A DNA stretch of 64,000 nt. Source: Lentimicrobiaceae bacterium. GTDB lineage: Bacteria > Bacteroidota > Bacteroidia > Bacteroidales > JAAYJT01. Position numbers and translations under genes: made by a program. Where the stretch lies: NCBI GenBank assembly GCA_037446395.1, contig JBBIIP010000002.1, positions 53,074 to 117,073 on the forward strand, written 5' to 3'. The notes under the pieces were generated by a model that was given only the letters and a program-made list of their open reading frames with translations, did no database searches and was not told where the DNA came from. This document shows positions 45,837 to 55,254 of the stretch, in pieces. Positions within the stretch are counted from its first letter, which is position 1, and each line of letters starts with the position of its first letter.

Positions 45837-47137
45837 GGGCGAACTACAGGTATGTGGCTAAGCAATTGGAGATTATTCAGGTTGGTGTAGTTATATTGAA
45901 AAAGTCCATCGGCTCCGATTAACATCAGCAACCCACCAAGTGGAATCACGTCATAAGCCTTTATGTTCTGAAAATGCGCAATTTGGTTTGCCTGAATATT
46001 TAGCGGGTCGGATGCATTGAAGATTTTTAGCCCCGCATCGCCATCGCAAATAAAAAGAATGCCATTGTCAATTCCCAGTCCATGGGGATTGAAGAAAGGA
46101 TAAGATTTCACAAGTACTGGTTTGGCGATATTTGAGATATTTAACACATCTAACTGGTTTGTAAAGCCATTGCACAAGGTGCCCGAGCGTAAGGTCACGT
46201 AAGCATAATTGCCCTCAACCACCACCGGGTCGCAGGAATTAATATGATTGAATGCCGAAATATAAGTGGGGGTAGCTGGGTTTGCCAGGCTGTAAACCAG
46301 CATACCGGTAGTGGTGCCGAGGAAGAGTTTGTCGTTAAGCGGGAAGATGGTTTCTACCATTCGGTTTAACTGTATTGTAACTCCTGTAGTGATTCCTGGT
46401 GTGGCGCTGATATTGAAGAGCTTCAGGGCGGAGTTATGTACTGTGTAGAGAAAATTGGAATATATTGTAAATCTTGCCATTGACCCGCCTACTCCCACAC
46501 TTGTCGAGGAGCTCGAAAAGCCAACTTCTAACCCGCCCAAGCGTGCAATGCCCATGCCATCGAAGGAGAGAAAATTTTTGCTGTAGCCCGAACCACGTTC
46601 GATTAGTTCGGTATGTTCCTTTATCTTCCAGCCCACAACCACTCCCTTGGTAAGGTCGAGGTTGGCTACCGGGTAGGAACGGTCGAACTCAGGCAGTACA
46701 TTTGGAAAAGCGTTTGGCACACGGTCAATTTCCATGGGGTAGGTTGGCACACTGATGTCAATGGCAACCAGGTCAATATAACTGTCGGCATAAAGTATAT
46801 TGCCCCTGATGGCAATATCGGCATTTCCCGGAATTTCGACAAATGCAATCATTTGCGGGGATGCCGGGTTTGTATTGTTAATAATGTGAACCCCTTTGTT
46901 AATTTCATTGACAAACAAATAATTGTCCTTGAAATAAATCTTGCCAGGATTTTCGAATGCCTGCGCGCTTGTTCTTTTCACTGACTTGCGAAAATCCGTG
47001 AAACTCATGTAAACAGGAATATTCGCAGTATAGGTTACTTCTTCGTAGGTCTTATCGCTGCAAGCACTGATAAATAGCATTGGGATGAGGAGCAAAGAAG
47101 CAACAGCAATCCATATAAAATTAGGTTTCGTCTTCAT
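45833..47137 (-). CDS. LVIVD-repeat beta-propeller lipoprotein
   Basis: Lipobox FISAC. Recurrent LVIVD-like repeats (..DIAIRGNILYADSY.DLVAIDIS.., ..NYAYVTL.., ..ILFICDGDAGLKIF.., ..LLMLIGADGLFQY..). Confidence 0.7.
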   Translation of the reverse strand: MKTKPNFIWIAVASLLLIPMLFISACSDKTYEEVTYTANIPVYMSFTDFRKSVKRTSAQAFENPGKIYFKDNYLFVNEINKGVHIINNTNPASPQMIAFVEIPGNADIAIRGNILYADSYIDLVAIDISVPTYPMEIDRVPNAFPNVLPEFDRSYPVANLDLTKGVVVGWKIKEHTELIERGSGYSKNFLSFDGMGIARLGGLEVGFSSSSTSVGVGGSMARFTIYSNFLYTVHNSALKLFNISATPGITTGVTIQLNRMVETIFPLNDKLFLGTTTGMLVYSLANPATPTYISAFNHINSCDPVVVEGNYAYVTLRSGTLCNGFTNQLDVLNISNIAKPVLVKSYPFFNPHGLGIDNGILFICDGDAGLKIFNASDPLNIQANQIAHFQNIKAYDVIPLGGLLMLIGADGLFQYNYTNLNNLQLLSHIPVVRP

Positions 47138-47243
47138 TTCATTTGATTTGTTTCATCGAAGATGGTAAAACCAGCTTTTAAGTTGCACAACACAATAATA
47201 AATCAGAAATTTTTCTGAATATTTTCAATTGGCAAGAAACTTC

Positions 47244-47801
47244 TTAGGGGATCGGTGTTAGCCTCAATGTCCAGGCAAAGGTCATTGTACCATTAAATGC
47301 CGGAACTGTGGCTCCGAGGGTTGATCCGCTCCATGCAGCATCGGAGATTGAAAAGTTCATCGGATTATCAACCGGGTTGGATGTATTGAACAACAGGCTG
47401 GCCACCTCTATCCATCTGGTTCCATCCCAACCCCAAACGATCATATTGGTTACAACAATAGTCGCTGTTGTGATTTGTACAAAACTTTCATCTCCTCTGA
47501 TCACGACCTTGCCCTTTGGGTTGTTGACTATCAGGCTGCCGAATTCCCTTATTTTGACTACTTCGGGTTCTTCGGCAGTTGCATCATAATTGGCAGGCGA
47601 GGGAGTACTCAGGGTAACCTCACCCGACTTTGCAATGTATACATCAAGGGTAGTGTTTGCATCGAATGACGGAAAACTCCGGGAATAAACCAAACTTAAT
47701 GTTCCGGTATAATCAAAATCAAGGATGTCTTCGTTTTTATTACATCCAGCCGAAATAAGCAAGGCAGGCAGCCATAAAACAAATATAAATTTGCGAAACA
47801 T
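47244..47801 (-). CDS. Hypothetical lipoprotein
   Basis: Lipobox LISAGC. 185 aa, beta-rich, no known motif. Confidence 0.5.
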   Translation of the reverse strand: MFRKFIFVLWLPALLISAGCNKNEDILDFDYTGTLSLVYSRSFPSFDANTTLDVYIAKSGEVTLSTPSPANYDATAEEPEVVKIREFGSLIVNNPKGKVVIRGDESFVQITTATIVVTNMIVWGWDGTRWIEVASLLFNTSNPVDNPMNFSISDAAWSGSTLGATVPAFNGTMTFAWTLRLTPIP

Positions 47802-47906
47802 CTACTTTCAGATCACATGATTTATAATTTTCTAAAACGAAAATTCCGGAAAAGTGATGCCAATATACGAATTTTAAACGGTATATTGAGGGCGCTGCAA
47901 AAATAA

Positions 47907-48611
47907 TTAGTCATACAGCCCTTTAACCTTTGGCCTGCCTGCGATAAAGTCTTTGAGATAAAATGGTTCAAAGTAGGCAATGTTTTCGAATTGCAGTTGC
48001 CTGAACCTGATGGATGCCAGGGGAGCCATGTGTGCTGCGGAGTGGGCAAAAGAATCTGCGAGAAACGCATTGGGGTTGTTTAGTTGCAGCTCTTTGCATT
48101 TATATGCGCCATCGCCAAAAAAATAAACCGGATACTCGGCCAGCACTGTTGAAAAGGAATCATTTTCAATGATTTTTGCCGAAACAGGATCAAACTCGCT
48201 CAAATCCTTATGATAGAATGCAGTGAACACTTCCATGCGGCGGGCATCAATCATTGGGCAGAGCAAGGCGTGATCTGGCAGGGTTGGGTTGCTCATAATA
48301 AATCCGTTAGCCATTGATTGCAAGGTTGGTATTGCAATCAATGGCTTGTCGAGGGCAAAGCAGTATCCTTTTGCGGCAGAAATCCCGATACGCAACCCTG
48401 TGTATGATCCCGGCCCCATACTCACAGCCACTGCATCGAGTGCAGTGAAACTGATACCGGATTGCTTAAAAATATCTTCGACGAATACATTTAGAACAGA
48501 TGAATGTGCATTCTTTTCATCGGTTTCCTTTATGGCCAATATTTTGCTTTCATTAATCAGTGCCACTGAGCAAACCGCGGTAGCGGTTTCGATACACAAG
48601 ATCAATGCCAT
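47907..48611 (-). CDS. tsaB: tRNA t6A biosynthesis protein TsaB
   Basis: ILCIETATAVCSVAL ... VSMGPGSYTGLRIG is the TsaB/YeaZ signature. Start placed at ATG 48611 (MALILCIE). Confidence 0.85.
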   Translation of the reverse strand: MALILCIETATAVCSVALINESKILAIKETDEKNAHSSVLNVFVEDIFKQSGISFTALDAVAVSMGPGSYTGLRIGISAAKGYCFALDKPLIAIPTLQSMANGFIMSNPTLPDHALLCPMIDARRMEVFTAFYHKDLSEFDPVSAKIIENDSFSTVLAEYPVYFFGDGAYKCKELQLNNPNAFLADSFAHSAAHMAPLASIRFRQLQFENIAYFEPFYLKDFIAGRPKVKGLYD

Positions 48612-48615
48612 AGGG

Positions 48616-49959
48616 TTATTTTTCGGTAGCGTACAACTCTTTTCGGTCAACCTTTTTCACATGGTCTCCATCTTTCAGGGTGGTCGAAACAGCCCGGTAA
48701 GGGCCAGTAATCACTTCGCTTTGCTCCTCTAGCCCTTCAAGGATCTGTATGTACATATTGTCCTGAATTCCTGTTTTAACCGGAACAAGTTTTGCCAAAT
48801 CATCCTGAATGACAAACACGTATTCGCGGGTTTCTTTTTTGGCAGGGGTGGCTGTTGCCCGATTATCGGTGGTGTCAGCATTCTTGCCGGCCAGCGTGTC
48901 GGCACGTGTTGTCACTGCCTGAATCGGAACAGTTAACACATCTATCTCCTGCTGGGTTTGAATATCAACGGTGGCCGACATCCCTGGCCTGAATGGCGAA
49001 TAATTTTGTTCACCTGGTCGGTCGAGATCGCGATAAGACTCGGGTAGTATGCGGATACGCACATCGAAGTTTGTAACCTGATCGGCGCTCACACCGGTTA
49101 AGTTTGCACTGGTGGCAATGGAGGTTACCAGCCCTTTAAACTTTCTGTTCAGATAGGCATCAACCTCAACCAGGGCTGTATCGCCAAGGTTAACGCGCAC
49201 GATATCATTTTCTGCAACACTCACACTTACCTCCATACTCGACAAATTTGCAATGCGCATAATTTCGGTACCGGCGAATTGGGAAGTTCCCACCACACGC
49301 TCGCCTTTCTCAATCGATAACTTGGAAATTGTGCCATCCATGGGTGAATAGATAGAGGTTTTTGATAGATTCTCGCGGGCCTCTTTTACGGCAGCTTCTG
49401 AACTCTTTACGCTAAATTCAGCGGCACGGACACTCTGCTCGGCTGCTTCAACCTCTGCCTGGGCAACCAGAAAACCAGCCCTCACAGCATCATATTCGCT
49501 TTGCGAGATGGCGTTTTGTGCCAGTAAACTCTTGTTTCGCTCATAGTTTGTCTTGGAATTCAGAAATTGAGCCTGGGTTTGTGCCAGCCGGGCATGGCTA
49601 TTGCTTAAGTTGGCTTTTTGCATGTTGAGAGCGGCCACAATGCGATCGAAATTCGACATGTAGATCTCTGGGTTTATCTTGGCAAGAAATTGGCCCTTTA
49701 TTACTGCATCGCCTTCTTTAACCATTAATTCAACCACTTCGCCTGAAATGTCAGGCGAGAGTTTCACTTCCACCTCGGGCTGGATTTTTCCGCTTGCCGA
49801 AACGAGTTCAACAATTGTTCTCTTTTGTACCGTTTCAACCGTAACTTTTACTCCCGGTTTTTCGCCGATAAAGCCTTTCTTTTTTGCATAAACCAGGGCG
49901 ATTACGATAAAAACAACCAGTGCAATAGCGACCCGGATAATGGTTTTTCGATTTTTCAT
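48616..49959 (-). CDS. Efflux periplasmic adaptor (HlyD/MacA-type membrane fusion protein)
   Basis: N-terminal anchor, lipoyl-like hairpin-flanking motifs (SPDISGEVVEL.VKEGD.V.KGQ.LA), a long coiled-coil and a beta-barrel domain. Confidence 0.85.
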   Translation of the reverse strand: MKNRKTIIRVAIALVVFIVIALVYAKKKGFIGEKPGVKVTVETVQKRTIVELVSASGKIQPEVEVKLSPDISGEVVELMVKEGDAVIKGQFLAKINPEIYMSNFDRIVAALNMQKANLSNSHARLAQTQAQFLNSKTNYERNKSLLAQNAISQSEYDAVRAGFLVAQAEVEAAEQSVRAAEFSVKSSEAAVKEARENLSKTSIYSPMDGTISKLSIEKGERVVGTSQFAGTEIMRIANLSSMEVSVSVAENDIVRVNLGDTALVEVDAYLNRKFKGLVTSIATSANLTGVSADQVTNFDVRIRILPESYRDLDRPGEQNYSPFRPGMSATVDIQTQQEIDVLTVPIQAVTTRADTLAGKNADTTDNRATATPAKKETREYVFVIQDDLAKLVPVKTGIQDNMYIQILEGLEEQSEVITGPYRAVSTTLKDGDHVKKVDRKELYATEK

Positions 49960-50083
49960 ATTTGTTGATTTGTAAAGAGTTATTGATTGTGAATATCAAT
50001 GTTTTGTGATTATATTGCTTGGGAAGGATGCTGCATGATTTGTTTCGTGAAACGAACTGAATGTATATTAGTTTTAGTGAGTG

Positions 50084-51505
50084 CTAGTTTTTAATGCTGA
50101 GAGGCAATCCCATGTAAAAGTCCAATACTTTTGTTTTGAAAACATAATCGTATTTTGCCTGCAACAATTCCGATTGTGCCCGCTGCAACTCCTTTTTGGC
50201 ATTGTTGTAATCGAGCGAGGTGAGCATACCCAAAGTGAAACGCTGTTCAGCATATTTGAATGACTCCCTGGTGGCATCTACTTTTTTATTCGAAGCGTTG
50301 TATTTTTTAAAGGAGGCGCCTGCATCAGCCCAAGCCTGTTGAATGGTTTTGTTAAGCTGTAGCTTAGCCGATTCGAGTTCATAAGTTGCATTTTGAACAG
50401 CAATCTTTGCCTTGCCAATATTTGTGCGCGTGTTCCATCCGTTAAAAATAGGTATACTCACCCTGAGGTCAATGGTGCGGTTGTTGTTATCGCTAAACTG
50501 GTCTGAAAACGGCTTGATGGCGTAATTTCCGTACCGTACAACTTGTGCGTATACCGGTTTGTTATCGCTGGTAGTTCCAATTGTAATGGTTTCGAGATAT
50601 TGATCTTTCCCGATTTTTTGAGCACCGCTATAACCTGTTCCCCAACTGCCTGCCATCTGAATACTCGGGCTTTGGCTGCCTCTGGCAATGGCCAGGGATT
50701 TCATTGAGCTCTCTAATTTCATTTCGCTGCTCTTTATGCCTGGTTGTTTTCCGACAGCAAACCTGAAAATTTGCGAAGGGTCCATGGTCATACTCTTGCT
50801 TTCATATAATTCGATGGCCGGTCGTTCGATTGTAAAACCATCGGTTGTGGGCAGGTCTAACATTTGAGCCAGATTGAGTAAGGCAAGGTCGAGATTATTC
50901 TTCGCTTCAACTACCTGCAGCTCTTCAGCCGCCAATTGGGCTTCGATAGTCAATAGGTCGCCCTGAGCCAGGGTGCCGGCTGATACAAGCTTCTTCATCC
51001 GCTCCACCTGCTGGCGCGTAATGCCAATCTGGTTTTCTGCAATGCTCAAATACTCTTGTGAGTAAAGTATTTGCAGATAGGCCATGGCAATGCTCAGCGA
51101 GATGTCGTCCATGAATTTGTCGGTATCGAATTTTGTGGATAGCAGGTCAAATTCGCTTTTCCTTACTGAGTTGATCTTTTGAAAACCATTAAAAATCGTT
51201 ATTGTAGATGAACCATAGAAGTTATTTGATTGCACCCTTGCGGTTGCAAACTGATTGGTAAACCGGTCAATGGTCTGTCCCCAGTTCCAACCATGCGAAA
51301 CAAATCCATTCAGGTTTGGAAGCAGGTTCATTTTGCTTTGCAAAACATCGCTCTGTGCATTTTCGACACCAAGTAAATATTGCTTCACCTGGATGTTGTT
51401 TTCGAGGGCATGATTGACGCATTCTTCTAGTGTCCAGGCTTTTTGAGCAAATGAGGAGCTCATTGATAAGGCAATAAGCGCGATTACTCTGATAATTTTT
51501 TTCAT
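50084..51505 (-). CDS. TolC-family outer-membrane efflux protein
   Basis: Signal peptide starting at MKKIIRVIAL (ATG 51505). Two-repeat TolC architecture (LEECVNHALENN.., ..LLQAKYDYVFKTKVLDFY). Confidence 0.85.
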   Translation of the reverse strand: MKKIIRVIALIALSMSSSFAQKAWTLEECVNHALENNIQVKQYLLGVENAQSDVLQSKMNLLPNLNGFVSHGWNWGQTIDRFTNQFATARVQSNNFYGSSTITIFNGFQKINSVRKSEFDLLSTKFDTDKFMDDISLSIAMAYLQILYSQEYLSIAENQIGITRQQVERMKKLVSAGTLAQGDLLTIEAQLAAEELQVVEAKNNLDLALLNLAQMLDLPTTDGFTIERPAIELYESKSMTMDPSQIFRFAVGKQPGIKSSEMKLESSMKSLAIARGSQSPSIQMAGSWGTGYSGAQKIGKDQYLETITIGTTSDNKPVYAQVVRYGNYAIKPFSDQFSDNNNRTIDLRVSIPIFNGWNTRTNIGKAKIAVQNATYELESAKLQLNKTIQQAWADAGASFKKYNASNKKVDATRESFKYAEQRFTLGMLTSLDYNNAKKELQRAQSELLQAKYDYVFKTKVLDFYMGLPLSIKN

Positions 51506-51834
51506 ATATGAGTGGAATAAATCGGGGGCAATATTAGTAAATAACTGCAAAGGCCGGGATCAAAATGTCAAATAAATATAAAGAGTAATTATATGATACA
51601 GATTTGCAGGTGTTTAATGATTAAAAACCAACATTTGTTCGAGAAACCTATACAGAATATTCACGATCGAAGATGGGCTTGATCGTTACTCTATTATAAA
51701 GACAACCAGACAGGTATAAAATTGCTTCGTGTTGAATTTTTTTTTGTTGTCACTAAAAAAATAGACTAATCGAGCATACATCCGAGGAATATAATAATTT
51801 TACTCATGCTGAAGTCTGAAGTGCTTCCAAAGAA

Positions 51835-53238
51835 ATGATGCATTATGAATATGAAACACCAGGTAAAATGAAATCATTCAACCCCAAGCATCTTTTGCTT
51901 TTACTGGGCGGTTTAGCTGCCTTATGGATATTGGCAAGTGCATTTTTGTCCAGTAAAAATCCGCATGAACAGGTTGTCTATAAGTACGACGATTTTAAGA
52001 CGCCCGAGTATTGCGGCACTGCCTGTCATAACGATATCTACAGGCAATGGAGCCAGAGCATGATGTCGCAAGCCTATACTCACCATTGGGATGAGATAGA
52101 ATATTTCGACCTGGCAGTGCCGCATGCCCGAATCGAGAAAAAAGTTTCAGAAGTTGAAGCGGGTTGTAATGGTTGTCACACCCCTATGGCATTCCTCACC
52201 GGTGATGTGCCGCCACCAAAACCTGATAAAAACTCGAGAGCTAACGAGTCGGTGTCGTGCGAAGTTTGCCACCTAATTACAGGTTTTAAGGGCGATATTC
52301 CTCACAATTTCAACTACATCATGAAACCCGGAAAAACCAAATTTAGCGGCCGCAAAGGGGGGGTGCAGTCGCCCAACCACGAAATTATCCTGAGCGATCT
52401 GCACCGCAGCGGTGATTTTTGTGGTATTTGCCACAACGAGATGAGCCCCTATGGTATTTGGGTGAAATCAACACATCTCGAATGGAAAGAAGGCCCTTAT
52501 TCCAAAGAAGGCGTACAATGCCAGGATTGCCACATGCCTAAGGCAAAAGGCAAGGTTGCCATTATGGGCAATACCTACGAAGATGCACGGCAGCATCTGT
52601 TTCATGGCGCACACGACCCCGGCAAGGTGCGTGGAACTGTCGAACTACGCATTCATCCCGACGTCACACAAGCTGAACCTGGCGAGAGCGTGAAATTTAC
52701 TGTTGTACTTTTCAATCAAAAAACCGGGCACAAATTCCCGACAGGTTCGGTTGAAGACCGCATTTTATGGATGCACGTCGAAGCTATAGATGCCAACGGA
52801 AAGGTTTATCACTTGCCCGTTGACCGAAAAGGGTTTAATGGAGAAGATTATACCATTTCCTCCAACGTGCTGGCATACAGGGACATGGGGGTTCCGCTGG
52901 GACTCAGGGATTTTAAAGGAGTTCAACGCGATGGCATTCCATTGGGCAACCGCATTTTCCGCATGCCCTATTTCGATCCGGATGGCAACATGACCATGCA
53001 ACAATGGCACACTGCTTCCTTAGGAGTTGATTACCGCCTGGGCCCCCGCCAGGCTGTTTCTGAAACTTGCACATTTACCATCCCATTTGACGTAGCCCCT
53101 GGAAAAATGACTGTGAAAGCAACCCTTAATTACCAGCTTTTGGTGAAACCGGTGGCAGATTTTTTAAAAGTTCCAGCAGAAGAATCGAATATTATCGTTG
53201 TGAATGATCACAAGACGACCATTGAAATATTGCCATAA
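51835..53238 (+). CDS. Membrane-anchored multihaem c-type cytochrome (five haem motifs) with C-terminal beta-rich domain
   Basis: N-terminal TM anchor. One CX3CH motif (CGTACH) and four CXXCH motifs (CNGCH, CEVCH, CGICH, CQDCH). The C-terminal ~200 aa have no haem motif. Confidence 0.8.
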   Translation: MMHYEYETPGKMKSFNPKHLLLLLGGLAALWILASAFLSSKNPHEQVVYKYDDFKTPEYCGTACHNDIYRQWSQSMMSQAYTHHWDEIEYFDLAVPHARIEKKVSEVEAGCNGCHTPMAFLTGDVPPPKPDKNSRANESVSCEVCHLITGFKGDIPHNFNYIMKPGKTKFSGRKGGVQSPNHEIILSDLHRSGDFCGICHNEMSPYGIWVKSTHLEWKEGPYSKEGVQCQDCHMPKAKGKVAIMGNTYEDARQHLFHGAHDPGKVRGTVELRIHPDVTQAEPGESVKFTVVLFNQKTGHKFPTGSVEDRILWMHVEAIDANGKVYHLPVDRKGFNGEDYTISSNVLAYRDMGVPLGLRDFKGVQRDGIPLGNRIFRMPYFDPDGNMTMQQWHTASLGVDYRLGPRQAVSETCTFTIPFDVAPGKMTVKATLNYQLLVKPVADFLKVPAEESNIIVVNDHKTTIEILP

Positions 53239-53276
53239 TAATTTAGAAACCAATCAGATAATTCATAAAAACCGCT

Positions 53277-54461
53277 ATGTATAAAATACTTACCATTGGA
53301 ACACTCACTTTGCTTTTTGCTCTCTCTATCAAAGTGCAAGCCATCCCGGCATTTGCCAGAAAATACCAACTCAGCTGCCAAACCTGTCACAACCCTGCGC
53401 CAAGGCTGAAGGCATTTGGAGAAGAGTTTGCCGGCAATGGATTCAAATTGGCAGATCAAACTGCGCCGCGCTATTTTATTCCAACAGGCGACCCAACCCT
53501 GAGCCTGATTCGCGATTTGCCGTTTGCACTTCGGATGGATGGTTTCATGAAAGTAGATGATGATACCGATCAGAAGTTTGATTTCAGTGCCCCCTATCTG
53601 GTTAAGATTATGAGCGGTGGCGAACTTGCCAACAATATCTCCTACTATTTCTATTTTTTCTTTGATGAGCGCGGCCATGTTGCCGGAATCGAAGACGCTT
53701 TTCTTATGTTCAACAACGTATTCGGAGCAAATCTAGACATCAACATCGGGCAGTTTCAGGTGAGCGATCCCTTATTTAAACGAGAATTGCGCCTTACGTT
53801 GAGCGATTATGAAGTTTACAAGACAACTCCGGGAATATCGTCGGCCAATCTTGAATACGACAAAGGCATCATGATTTCTTATGGTTTGGCCACGGGAACA
53901 GATATCGTATTGCAGGTGGTTAACGGAAACGGCATTGGCGGGGTTGACGATAAACTCTTCTACGACCGAGATAAATATAAAAACATTGCTGCAAGAATTA
54001 CTCAGGATGTTGGTGAGCATTTCAGAATAGGGCTTTTTGGCTACTTCGGAAAAGAATTTATGAAAAACAACTCTCCCCTCAACAAAATATCCTATTGGGG
54101 CCCTGACCTGACTATTTCGATGAGCGAAAAGCTGATCTTCAATGCGCAATACTTGTTTCGCAACGACAGCGGGCTTTTTGAATATATATCAGATGCAAGT
54201 GGCCGCAAGAATGTAAAGACCCAGGGAGGGTTTGCCGAGATTATCTATCTGCCAAAAGGCGACGAAAGCAAATGGTATTGCGTTGGTTTGGTAAATTACG
54301 TTAAAAGCGATTTTAGCTACCTCAACCGGCAGTCGGCCTCGGTTCATCTTGGTTATCTCCTCAGGCGCAATATCAGGGCGGTTGGCGAATATACCTTTTT
54401 CGAAAACACAGCCGGCAAGCAAGGAAACCGGTTCTCGATCGGTTTCAGTACCATGTTCTAA
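53277..54461 (+). CDS. Cyc2-like fused monohaem cytochrome-porin (outer-membrane)
   Basis: A signal peptide is followed immediately by IPAFARKYQLSCQTCH (single CXXCH). About 350 aa of beta-strand pattern then end in ..FSIGFSTMF, with the terminal aromatic typical of OMPs. Confidence 0.6.
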   Translation: MYKILTIGTLTLLFALSIKVQAIPAFARKYQLSCQTCHNPAPRLKAFGEEFAGNGFKLADQTAPRYFIPTGDPTLSLIRDLPFALRMDGFMKVDDDTDQKFDFSAPYLVKIMSGGELANNISYYFYFFFDERGHVAGIEDAFLMFNNVFGANLDINIGQFQVSDPLFKRELRLTLSDYEVYKTTPGISSANLEYDKGIMISYGLATGTDIVLQVVNGNGIGGVDDKLFYDRDKYKNIAARITQDVGEHFRIGLFGYFGKEFMKNNSPLNKISYWGPDLTISMSEKLIFNAQYLFRNDSGLFEYISDASGRKNVKTQGGFAEIIYLPKGDESKWYCVGLVNYVKSDFSYLNRQSASVHLGYLLRRNIRAVGEYTFFENTAGKQGNRFSIGFSTMF

Positions 54462-54558
54462 AACTGGAAACAAGCCAGCATCATGCAAAAATTTAATAAG
54501 TAAGAAAGATAAAAAGAGCTACGGATCAATAGGTTAATAATTCAATGCCAAAGAACAG

Positions 54559-55254
54559 ATGCTGACATATTTCGATTTACTAGCCCGGATCCTGCAGGAA
54601 AACGCTAATCCGGCCGATGCCATATTTATGAAAAAATACATGCTCAATCAATTCGAGTATTTTGGAATCCGGTCGCCAAAACTCAAAGAGTTGAGGCGAA
54701 AATTCTTTCAGGAGCATGGATTGCCACCCGTATCAACCCTGCAAAACCTCATCACATTGCTTTGGCAGCAGCCTCAAAGGGAATTTCACTATACGGGAAT
54801 TGACATCGCTGAAAAACTTCTGCGAAAATCAGGTCAAACCTCTATCAGCACGATAGAATTCATGATAACACAAAAATCGTGGTGGGACACCGTAGATTGG
54901 GTGGCCAGCCACCACGCAGGAACATATTTCAAACTCTTTCCGCAGCAAATCGCAATAACAACCGGAAATTGGATGGACTCCGACAACATGTGGTTGCAGA
55001 GAGCAGCCCTTCTTTTTCAACTAAAATACAAGGCTAAAACCGACGAAAGTTTACTTTTTGAGTATATCCGCCGACTAAAATCATCCAAAGAATTTTTTAT
55101 TCGCAAGGCAATTGGCTGGTCTCTTAGAGAATACTCAAAAACCTCGCCTGAAAATGTATTGTTATTTCTTGAAAAAAATAGCGATCTTGCAGGCTTGAGC
55201 TGCCGCGAAGCCCTGAAGTGGATTAATCGGAACAACAAAGTATTGCATGGATAG
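54559..55254 (+). CDS. DNA alkylation repair protein (AlkD/HEAT-like repeat family)
   Basis: 231 aa. The pattern FMKKYM.NQFEYFGIRSP.L ... WW.DTVD ... FIRKAIGW.LREY matches the DNA-alkylation-repair enzyme family. Confidence 0.7.
   Translation: MLTYFDLLARILQENANPADAIFMKKYMLNQFEYFGIRSPKLKELRRKFFQEHGLPPVSTLQNLITLLWQQPQREFHYTGIDIAEKLLRKSGQTSISTIEFMITQKSWWDTVDWVASHHAGTYFKLFPQQIAITTGNWMDSDNMWLQRAALLFQLKYKAKTDESLLFEYIRRLKSSKEFFIRKAIGWSLREYSKTSPENVLLFLEKNSDLAGLSCREALKWINRNNKVLHG

Noticed and set aside
47203-47218. AT-rich palindrome tcagaaatttttctga between the small lipoprotein and the LVIVD gene, considered as a terminator
   Set aside because: The stem is only 5-6 bp and entirely AT-rich apart from two G-C pairs. 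That is too weak to call without folding-energy calculation or transcript data.
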